Source: Klebsormidium nitens (lineage: Eukaryota > Plantae > Klebsormidiophyceae). From it: 64,000 nt of DNA. The stretch spans positions 1-64,000 of the forward strand of contig DF236972.1 in the NCBI GenBank assembly GCA_000708835.1, read 5' to 3'. Made by a program: the position numbers and the translations under genes. Below the pieces are notes generated by a model, which was not told the DNA's origin, did no database searches, and worked only from the letters and a program-made list of their open reading frames with translations. Within the stretch, counting starts at the first letter, position 1, and each line of letters begins with the position of its first letter. Shown here piece by piece: positions 1-10,499 of this stretch.

Positions 1-277
1 TTGAGTAGCCATGGAAATAGGAAGAGAGTGCTGAGATGCTGCTGGCGGACCACTGACCGTTTTTAATCAGCGGCCCGGATAGTGGCTTGTTGCCCGCTCA
101 AACTTCGGAAGAAGTTCAAGCTGAGCGTGATCGCATGATAGCCGCGCCGGCCGCCCGGCCGGCCGCCACGCAGCCTCTCGTGAGTGCCAGACCCGACCGC
201 GTTTCGAAGGGTTTTTCCAATTGACGTCATGAACCGGTAGATGTTCCCCGGCCCGGCCGCGGCGATTTTGAGCATGA

Positions 278-1560
278 CTATCGGGAGCAAAGAATAGTCA
301 ATAGAAGGGAGTGTAAATGAGGGAATCTGTGACCATCGCAACAAAGCTCTGAATCGTAGATAACAGTACTGAGGGTATTCACATTGTCTGACACGCAGAA
401 CACATCCTCAGGAATAGATCCTCTGACACGAGGTGAGATGCGATCGAGACCGTTGATGTAGACTTGGGACACATTGACCCACAAGAAATCCCAATTCCCG
501 AAGGTTATATCCGGCTGCTGAGCAGAGCGGGATCGTGGTCGGCCCGGAGGGTCCATTGGGGAGGGATGGCCAGAGCAGCGAACGCCTAGCCTAGCTGACT
601 CAGTGAGGCTCAATGATAGGTACTTTCAAGCCGGGGCGGCCACGCCCATGCCTTCAATAGTGCAAGGTAGGAATGGACTTCAAGTGACTTGCCAGATGCT
701 ATGTGCTGGCCATGTATCATATATTTCTCATAGGTACTAATGTGTGATTGTGCCTCTGAGTGAGTCTAATACCGGAATGATCGTCTTTCAAAGCTAGGCC
801 GTCGGAGGATCGCATGCAGATCAGAATTTGTCCTACCAAAGCGTGTCATGACCTGTCCCGACCGTAACTGTTCAAACGCGGTTGCCGACTACCGTAGACT
901 GCTCAAACCGGTCAGCAGCGGCAGCAAAGTTCATCATGATTCAATGAGGATCGTCGATCTGACGTAAGATTATGCAGTTGGACTGTACATGCCAAAGACT
1001 CATGACCACCCCCGGGCCAGCGCCGCCTGCTTAGAAGGTGAGCTAGCTTACTATAGACGTCCTTATGTTTCAACAGATCAACATCAGGCGATCCGGCCAT
1101 GCAATCTTAGACTACACAAATATATCATGATCAAATTGATCAACAGTATTCACTGTGCATGACCATGTTCGGATTTTGACGAATCTGCATGCGACATATG
1201 TACGTACAGGCTACAGCGACTAGTTCCACTTTAGCATGGCAATCTGGCCGCCATGCCATGCATCTGAAGTAAAAACGTATGTGCAAGGTATCAGGCTCGA
1301 TAAAACCATCGCTAGCCTACCCATTTATCGACCGGACCAACTTACAGATGCGCAACATCGAATGTATGTTGTGACAGCTAGCAATTGATCATTAATGTCG
1401 AGTACTATCACAATGTACTCTTTGTCATTAAGAGGTGGTATACTGAGATGACGCTCATACTTAGAAGCAAAAAACGATTGGCAACAGTGTACACTTGCTG
1501 AGATGTTACAACCGTTTAACCACTTTGATTGGTTCGAAGGGAGAGATTGACAACAAGCTT
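278..1560 (-). pseudogene. Decayed Ulp1/C48-peptidase-like coding remnant, possibly transposon cargo
   Basis: Short minus-strand frames give, in the expected order, SKWLNGCNI (~1510-1535; cf. WLNDxxI), DDPH*IMMNF (~930-955; cf. HWxLxV, with W as TGA) and NVSQVYINGLD (~445-480; cf. PQQxNGxDC). Frames are broken by stops. Resemblance judged by eye only. Confidence 0.33.
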
Positions 1561-2091
1561 TAAGCGGAATAGATAACATGTACCGATTCAGGGGGAACGG
1601 GGGCTTCAAGTCAGTATGCTCTGATGCCGCCTTCATGCTGGCAACCTGCCTCGGCTCAAGAGGCAGTGGCGGTCAAGTCTTACTTTAGAGAACTCCTTTA
1701 CGCCAGTTTGCGCACTTGTGCCATCACGTGCGGGTAGTATTCGACGCCATCTGCACGAGCAGATTGCCAGAGAACCGTCAAATGCAGTAGAAGGCCACTC
1801 ATCCCAGAATCCGCTCCGTGTATAAAGGTTTAGAGCTATGTCTGACATCTCCTAATCTTGTTGTCAATTCCCTAGAACTGGACAATAGCGGCTACCTCAA
1901 GGTTGGAGTTACTAATCTTCCATACCAGACCGGTCTTGAAAAGGGCGCTGAACAGTATAGAGACAGACAAGAATACAAGAGCAGATTAGTCTTGGATCTT
2001 GATAAGGCTCAGATGGAGTCTTCCACTGAGACTTATAAGCGCGAAACTTCGAGACCCGTGACTTCTCCTTCCAGAACGCCAGGTCAACAGG

Positions 2092-5000
2092 TCACCAGAA
2101 AAGGCCTGGTGTATTTTTGCAGTTGCATAATGAGCTCAATCGCCTCACCCATCCAGTGCACGGTGACATACCGAGTGTCAGTGCTCCGTCTTTTTTCGTC
2201 AACGCCATCACCCTCGCGGTTAACAGGACGACTGCTTTTCGCATGACTGCCAGAGACTCGATCATCGGAACCGTTCCCAGACTCCAATCACACAACGCAT
2301 TACTCGAATAGGAGAGAAGCGACTCACATATGAGCAAGTGGTTGAGCAAGTGGAAAAGCTGGTAGAGGCGGTGCCGCTCTTCGAAGCCGGGTGCTTGGGG
2401 CAGGACCGCATGGTAGGCATCGTAGAACGCGTCCGCTGCAGACCAAGAACAATTGGACTTAGTGCGGATAACTTTAGGGCCGATAACCGACATTTTCCAA
2501 CCTCACAAACGGGACTGCTCGCACAAGATAAACCTAGAGCAAATAACCGAGGTTTCCTAGCCTCTCGAACGGGACTGCTTGCACAAAGAGGGGACCAGAC
2601 TCTGTCAGGCAACGGTGCAGAGATGCCCATTCGGTCCCAGGTCACAAGAGAAACACTGCCCATGATCTGAGAATACTTCTGAAGTCAGGCAGGCAGATGA
2701 ATGGGCTGCGGTAAATACAAGCTTGAGAGCCGCGGGCCTTTGCACAGCTTTCGAAGACCCGCGGAAGCGACTGGCACAGGAGCTGACGCTGGAGGGCATG
2801 CGTCAAGTGTGCTAACGCCCGCGCTTCTGTTTTCTAAAACATACGAACCCGTCGTAAACGTTAACAAACGTGTTGTGCCGGAGGAGAAAAAAGTCCGCAG
2901 GGAGGAAAGAAGATCTGGACGTGTGCACAGCTTGTTTTTCTTTTATCCACCTAGGGCAACAACTGGCAACTGAGGGAAGAGGCTTACAAAATCCGGGGAA
3001 GTCGTTGACTGGCTCCCAGCCGCGAAAGGCGAGGTCTGCGGGGCGAAAGGACGGGCAGAATCATGTATCGCAACGGTTGGAACTAGCACTACAAGCCACG
3101 ACGAGTGCTGCGGCGTCCCAAACCCGCGAAGAAAGTCTCGAAAAGGGCATCACTCTGCTCATAATTTCTTAGCCAGTCGATCTATGTTGGCAAGGGCTTC
3201 TTCGCAGGAAATACATGCAAATACTCTGCTTGGCGAGAAGCATCTCGACAGCAGAGGCGCTTATTTCGAAAGGCACTCTTACACTTTCGAGCCACAATGA
3301 TGACCTGAGCTTCTTGACGTTTACAGAGCGGAAACTTTTCCAGTCGGAAAAGCGACGCCGTTCTTGTTTGAGGGGAAAACTTCCGCCGTTCAATATCAAC
3401 CAGACTCCGGTCTGCAGAACATCACCAAACTCCAGTGGCCAACGTAGCCCGCGGGGTCAAAGACGGCGACGCCTCCACCCCGCACGAGCCCAGAGCTTCC
3501 GGTTTACCCACAGGAAAACCTTTCGTTCAACGCTTCAATTGAAACGACGCCGATTTACATTACAAACATCAGTCCAACCGTACAGATATTGAACATGATC
3601 ACGCGGATTCGGGCTCGCAGAACTTTACCAAATTCCGAGTGGCCGACGTAGCCCGCGGGATCGAAGACGGCGACCCCTCCCCCCCGCACGAGCCCAGAGT
3701 TTCCGACCCACAGGTCGCCGTGAAGAACGCTCGGGCGGACGTCCGCTGCGTCGAGCATCTTCGTGGCACGTGAGAGCAACTCCTCTCGACACGTGGCCAG
3801 CTCCTGGCCGTCCGATCCGAGCTTCGCAATGGCACGCTGTGAGCAAACAGGAAGTGGCGGAGTTATTGAATAGATGGCAGCCGTACAATTGTATTGAGCA
3901 GATCGAGCTTGAAATGTCCGCGACGCTTAATGTACCATGAAGCGCAGTTCACATGATGACCTAAACACGCAGACCACGTGGTTGAGCATACACAGCAACC
4001 TACGTACACGACACTTTTAAATCGCAGATAAAAGCAGACGATTGGCAGTGGGGACGGGGGCTGATGATAGAGAAGAGTCCATCAAATCTAGACGATCGAG
4101 CGTCGCACCTCTAGCCGATCTCGCAGCCTGTTCTCTAAGAAGAACTTTGACCAGCTGTCTGACGGTTCGTTACTTAGGGGCAGGACTCCGAGCCTGCAGC
4201 ACAAAACAGCGGCACTCTAGGTTAACGAGGATCTAGATCGTGACGCTCCGCCATGTGACCAGAAGCGATATCACAATACGGAGGCCAAACGAGAGACGAA
4301 AAGTGGTCCTGGAGGAGCCACCGAGCTCAATTGAAGTAAGCGGAGCTGAAGCTATAAGTATTTGACCTGCTGAAGTGTGCTTCTGACATGGAATAACCTC
4401 AGCTTTGAACGCATCACATAGAGCAGATGACGGTGGTAGACAGCAGCGAAAGGCAATAGTATCCAACTCCGCTGCTACATTGCCTCGACTTTACGTCTTT
4501 CGTAGGGCATGCTCGGGACTTTGACTCCTCCACGAATTTTCTCTATTCAACTCTTTCGACTGCACCAATGGATGAGACGTTTCTGAGAGGGAAGTCATAC
4601 ACGAAACGCAAGGCTGGACCTCCAAGATGGAAGATTGAGGTTGAACCGAAACGAAAAAGACGACCTTGTAAGCTTTGAACCTTGGTGGATCGACCCACTT
4701 GTCCAGTCGCTCAAGCAACCTGCGTTCAAGATTTCAAACGGACTCACTGACCTCGTGATTTGCGCAAGCCCGAATCCTCGAAACTCGGGCTCGGCTGAGT
4801 GCATGAGAGCCAGGGCCCGTCCAAGTTGCTCCTGACTGGACGGTTGCATCTGTACGGACAAGACGAAGGAAAAATATATCTGGACCGTCATGCCCGAGCG
4901 ATTGTCAAACTCACCCGAGCGCTCAGATGACTATCGTGACATGTATCAAGCAGGAGACTAATGGACAGCTGAGCCCGTTCAACCGAGCCAAATATCTGGA

Positions 5001-6711
5001 CTGCTTTTCGTAACGGCTACTTCAGCAACCGTCTAGAAAGGTGCTTTTATGATTCAAGAAGGCAAAGGACTTTTAAAAGCCAAGCGTTTGCAAAGAACGA
5101 CTTGCCAGCAGAACTTCTGATGGTGCCTGTTGTGTCCAATTAAAAGCTCACCATTCCAAACGGTTGGAAGTTGAGGTACTCAAGAATGATGTAAGATCCT
5201 CCACCGTCGGGGAGGTTGCCTACCCCCAAGGGCTTGGGAACACGGATGCTTTCTGTTTCCAACATGGCGTTGAGCCTGCATGTGGAGAAGAACTGGTCTT
5301 ACACCCTCTCGCAGTATGGAGTTTTCTTCTTGATTGGTTGTTACGACGTGGTAGTATTGATACTATACCGACTCCTTATGCACTTATCTTCGTTTCGAAA
5401 CGAGCAGAGGCTCCATGTATCCCAAGATTGATAAATCACTGTTGCTTGTCATGCTTCAAGGTGGGACCTGCTTCTCCACCATGTAGCTCAGAGAAACTAA
5501 GGGACTGGAATTCGACAATATAATGTCACTTGATCATGAGGTCAGTCCAGAAACGCCTGCGACTCAATCAGCTTGACAAACTTGGTGCTGACGATGATAC
5601 TGTCACCAAAGGCACACAAACTCAAAAGGAACACAAACTCCCAAAAAATTCTCAATTCTGGAATAGGTCGTCTGGAGAAACAGAGGATTCAAGTTGTAAA
5701 GACACATGGTCTGAGGGAAACGTTCGACTCAAGTTCTGGTTTGTTTTCTTTTACTACATGAGAAGAAGCTGAAAAGGTCAAGATTGACCTCACGCTTCTG
5801 CTTCCCCAGCAAACATGCTGGCAGCATCGAACTGCCTGTTGATCTTCACGAAGTAGTCTCCCCCTGTGCATCGAAAGGCATATGATTCGTTGATGCAGCC
5901 GCTGAAGTGCACCTCCCGAGGCTTCCGCTTCAAATCTCCACATCCCAGGGTCTGCAAAGATACGTACATTATGTAAGTTCCAACATGTAGCTTTCGGAAC
6001 TGTGAGTCGCAGTTCCCTCCTCTGAAACTCTCACCTTCAGAGGAAACGTTCTTCCTGCCTGACACCATTGGCTGCCTTTCTGCCGATGAAAATTGTGAGC
6101 AATCAGCACTTCCAAAGCAGGTCCAGATGATGCTGGAGAGGATTGGTATTCTGATGAGGTCGTGCGACCTTGTGTCAAGACACTGAAGAATTTGGGCGAA
6201 GCTGAGAGTTTCCACAGATCCTTTTGAGCTCACTACGGAGTGGTGTCATGATGGATCTTCAAAGAGTGTTGAATTTGGCCAGTCCTTTACAGAGTCTTGC
6301 AGGGCAGTGACTGTTGGCAACCAATCAAGTACTCACCTGAAGGTGGCTCAGAATGGTGAAGTCGCCAACAGAGACGCCATCCACTTTTCTGCCCCCACTA
6401 GCTGTGCTGAATTCAAACCACCCTTGCTGATTACAACAGATTCTTCTCTGAAAAGGCGCCAATTGCCGCCCTCCATTTCTGTGTCCTGTCCTCCTTTCGT
6501 GTTCGAGCACAGGGGCAGAGTAAACGCTGGTGGTTGGTTTGACGTAGGAGTATACAGACAGAAAGAAGAGAGACGAAGCTAAACTTCTGCTTTGAGTTCG
6601 CTGATTGATTGTTGACGCATTTGCTGACGCACCACCATGGAGACAATGGGCAGTCGCGGCATTGCTTAACATCTGTGTTTGGGCCATATCTGGTTGTTCA
6701 GCATGAAGCAA
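2092..6711 (-). CDS. FN3K: Fructosamine/protein-ribulosamine 3-kinase family protein with probable plastid transit peptide (multi-exon)
   Basis: Spliced exons: ~6335-6711 (start at 6711 or ~6687), 5796-5951 ([23 protein letters not shown]), ~5152-5275 ([17 protein letters not shown]), ~4752-4850 ([11 protein letters not shown]), 4109-4193 ([12 protein letters not shown]), 3629-~3838 ([21 protein letters not shown]), ~2990-3039, ~2331-2436 ([20 protein letters not shown]). The last exon (~2085-2240) is unresolved. Confidence 0.87.
2484..2587. repeat. Two imperfect ~60-bp-period intronic direct repeats
   Basis: ataaccga..aacgggactgctcgcacaa recurs as ataaccga..aacgggactgcttgcacaa about 60 bp later. 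Confidence 0.6.
3424..3513 (-). other. Degenerate intronic duplicate of the 3' half and donor of the FN3K kinase-motif exon
   Basis: Aligns to 3627-3713. Reads [20 protein letters not shown] but carries a 4-bp insertion and a 1-bp deletion. Confidence 0.85.
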
Positions 6712-7162
6712 GGATGGGTGTCTGACTCTAAATTAGCGCTGCCAAACTGGCAGCAGCTTGCTCATGTCAATTGCTGCAATGCACTTTGTTGAATGCTGAA
6801 TTCAAATGTTGAACTCCAGAAATTGCAGAAGGGAGGATGCAAGAACTTGACGTGAAGAGGGCCCCCTGATCATTTTTTGACTCTTCAGAGCATTTCACAC
6901 AAATAACCGAAATCCAGTCGGTTGTACTCCCGGGCTTTGAACAAATACACGACAATCCTCAAAGTGGACCGGGGAAGGGCACCCGACCAGTCGACCAGAT
7001 GCAGCATTGCCTCGGAATTTCCATCCAGAATCCCTCGGAATCTGCTGCAGAAAACGTTTTCGAGTGAAGCAGTGGAGCGCAAGCAAGGAGGAGCTCTTCA
7101 GATTCTGGAATTGCATCGATCCTTTGCAGGCTTTGGGGATAAGTGCCCTTACCTCTCCAGCC

Positions 7163-9107
7163 ATGTCTCGCTTGTTGCAGCAGGTTCCTGGGCTTGCTCG
7201 GAGGTTGTCCGTTGCCCGGCCTGCGGCGGTGAACGGGACACGGTCTTTCAGCGCTTCTGCTGGACATGGAACCCAGGAGGAGGCACTCGGTGAGACTCAC
7301 TCGTCTCCAGGAGGCAATCTAATGTCTACATGCTTCGATTAGTCAAGTTGTGATCAGCGTATGAAAGTAATGAAAGCAACTTGCATGCCTCTTTTCTCAA
7401 AATGTGAGGCTTCAATGTGGTCCTTGCAAGAGAAGATTTTCAAGTAGGGCCGTCGCACTGAAATGCTGTGATGAATCTGTTCTGGTCCGGAACCCTAAAG
7501 TTGATTGCCATATGCATGGCAAACCAGTAATGTTGTTAATGTTCGTCAAACACAGCGTTTATGTATGTGCAGCAGCTTGGGCTTGCGATGAATCTGGCAG
7601 CCTACTTAAGCCCCTGCTTTTGACTAGCAACATGACATGGATATTCCTGTATGACTTTGGCCTTCTTTCCGGGCTACTTGATCTGCAGAACCATTCTGCA
7701 AGCCACTTGTAACTCTCCCGCATGAAGCTTTTGGCTGGTCATGGACAGGGGTCTATTGGACCTTGTTGCCATGCGTCAGGATCAAGCACCACCAACGGTT
7801 GGGAGCAGTATTGCGAACTCCTGAATCTGAACATGCAAAGCTTGTGTGGTATTACAGCTGAGATGTCCAAGTGGCGAACAATTTCCATTGGTGCCGCAGT
7901 CGGCTGTGTAGGCCTGACAACCTGGACGCTGTTGAGTCCAGAGGAGCACCATCACCATGAGAAGAAGGTTCGCTAGCTAGGCCCCTCTCTGTCTTGCAGG
8001 CCACTCTGCCCCCGAGCGAGGTCGGCGTCCTCTTTTTCCTTTTTACAGGGGGTTTACGACATCAATCTAAGAAGTTTCTTGACGGCGACTGCTTCTGGCC
8101 TTTCGATTTCATTTCTCATGTTCCAGTTTCTCTCCTTGAAAGCTCTCATGGTTCAAATCCTGCCTTCAGGCATGACGGCGCGGTTACAATCCGTCGACCA
8201 CTTTGAGATACAAACCAGACTGAGCTTTTATAAAGGAATTTTTGCCAATTATTTCAGTTCTGTTGATCTGCCTGCCCCCCTCCTGTCCATGTTGGCAGCC
8301 GAAATGGCCAAGTGGCGCAATGTCTCGATCGCTGCTGTTGTTGCTTGCGCTGGGTTGACCGCTTACGACCTCGTCATTGCCCCTGAAGAGCACCATCACC
8401 ATGAGAAGAAGGTAAAGTGCATTTGCACGAAACCTTAGGTTGAACAATACCAATCAGCAGGTTTTGTTCTCTACTTGAGCAGAGATCCTGATTCTTTGAG
8501 TTTCTTGCCACTCTTGGCTTGGTCATTCATCTCGAATGCATGTTTGAGCAGTGTCCCCAATCAAGCAACGTTTTTTGCGACGGATATTTATTCATCGGCA
8601 AACCAGCTGCCAATTGACCAGATTGGTTTGAGTAGTAGGTGACTGACCGATCGAAACCAATCGTCCTCACGTGTTACACTGCAGAAGTACTCATACTTGC
8701 ACATCAGGAACAAGGCATTCCCCTGGGGTGAGCTTTCATCCTTGCCGCACCTTATTCCCTTCTAATGTAAAATCTCTAATGAAGACAGAACCTGCGTTCT
8801 GGTACCTCGACTCCTGCTTCCTGCATCAGTGGTGTTGACAGGAACTCTTGTTGCAATTCTGAGATGATTATTTTGATGATAGAGCAGCGCATCCGAGCGC
8901 TCCAAGTATCAAGTAGTGTAAACTCAAAGCCTTCAGCCTGTGCCGCCCGTCTCAATGATTGCTCTTTTAAGCAGGTTTTGTTTGCATGATGGTTTGGATC
9001 TTATCCTGTCTCGTTAAGCATAGAAGATTTAGAGAAATGTGCTCCTTGCAGGTCCCTGTGGTCTGTTCGAGTACGACTGCAACCCAGACGAAGAACCCGT
9101 TGTTTGA
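7163..9107 (+). CDS. COX6A: Cytochrome c oxidase subunit 6A (mitochondrial precursor)
   Basis: Exon 1 7163-7289 (MSRLLQQVPGLARRLS.. presequence), exon 2a 7858-7967 or 2b 8299-8411 (EMxKWR..TM helix..HHHHEKK), exon 3 8685-8727 (KYSYLHIRNKAFPWG), exon 4 9052-9107 (GPCGLFEY..*). The HIRNKxFPWG..GLFE signature is diagnostic. Confidence 0.95.
7858..7967 (+). other. COX6A: COX6A alternative exon 2a
   Basis: attacag|ctgag..gagaagaag|gttcgc. 110 nt, phase 1 in and phase 0 out. Encodes AEMSKWRTISIGAAVGCVGLTTWTLLSPEEHHHHEKK. Confidence 0.8.
8299..8411 (+). other. COX6A: COX6A alternative exon 2b
   Basis: ttggcag|ccgaa..gagaagaag|gtaaag. 113 nt, phase 1 in and phase 0 out. Encodes AEMAKWRNVSIAAVVACAGLTAYDLVIAPEEHHHHEKK. 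Confidence 0.85.
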
Positions 9108-10499
9108 TTGTTAGGCATGTTGCTGGCACACGTCCATGTGTTTGTAAGGCCCTCTTGATCACTTGAGGAGCAGGTGCATTCGTTGACCGTCTGCATTGGA
9201 TGGATAGCGGGACTGCAATATGGCTCACAGATTGGATACATAAACGCACGGCAGGAATATAAATAGCAGGCTTTTGCTTCTGTCCATGTAGAGGAGTAGA
9301 ACAGCAATCTGCACAAGTCTGAATCCCACGCATCCCCAAACGTTCACCTTGTTTGAAGCATTCTTGTGTAATCCGAATACGATTCTTCTATCTGACCATC
9401 CCGATATTTCTGTGTAATGAGCCGTCCGTTGGACTCTTGATTGCAAAATTTCATTCTTGTTGAGCAGCATCCACTCGGCGATTTCAAACTGCAAGTTGAT
9501 GAGTCAAGTCGTTTATGTTGGACGGTCTATGCTGACAAACTGAATTGCTCCACAGCTAGACGGCTTAATGCACGTGTAGTATCGAGCTCCATTCTCCAGA
9601 GACTCGGTGCAGCCTAGCGGCCCTCAGTGATGCAGGTGCGCAGCTGCAGAGCAGTCAGTTGGATATAGTGAGGCTTGTAGAAATAACCTTTTATTTTCGC
9701 GTGCTGATCGTTCCTATAGCTCACCGTCCGTCGAGTCCGTTGCAAGCTTTGAATCTTTTAATACAATCTACGTACGTGAACCATTTACGTTTGCACAACC
9801 CATGCAGGCATGCCAATCGCACGATCGGCGGCAAATGCTAGGCCATAGTATGGATCGCTAAATTCGTTGCAATCATTCACATGCTATGTATTCCCAGGCC
9901 GGCCGCCAACTTGATTGTCACATATATATTTCGAAATTGCATATCATCTCCACATCACGCTGTAAGGACGGTTGCAGCGCGGCCCTGCCAAGCACTTAAG
10001 CGACATGCCATATGATAAGAAATTATAAGTAATCATGAAATCGAGTGGTCACGGGGGGGGTTCTACTAAGGTACAGAAGATTGTACATTGAGACAATGCA
10101 TGCAAAACGCACTGCGCTTGAGCTGCTATCTGATGCATGCTCAGCCGGATCACGCCGGCCAGCTCAAGGTAGCATTGCGGCAATGAAACTTCGTAAGCAA
10201 GTGCAGAATGTTTTGAAAGGAATCGCAAGCGGCACATGCCGCCCCTAGAGGCTCATGACATGTTTGATGCAGCCAAAACATACATCACCAATAGCACTGC
10301 CCGCCTCATGGGGCTGCCACCCCAAAGCCGCTCTTCTGGTCAAAACTGTCCAGGGTCATTCCTGCGCCTTGAAAGGTTTGACTGTCGTCAGTGGAGTTGA
10401 ACACCCACCCCGCATGTTAGCACACTACAAACAGCTCTCCTCAAGCAATCTGTGTCAACGTCTTTCTAAGAGGAAGCACCTTCTCGCATACACTCCCCA

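Noticed and set aside
4675-4730. Candidate extra FN3K exon (aacgcag|gttgc..aag|gtc)
   Set aside because: Would need a ~32-nt intron; the missing conserved block is supplied by the exon at 4109-4193.
9790-10070. Possible TE remnant between COX6A and PTB3 (GGCCGGCCGCC and AT-rich patches)
   Set aside because: No TIRs, target duplication or coding similarity could be established.
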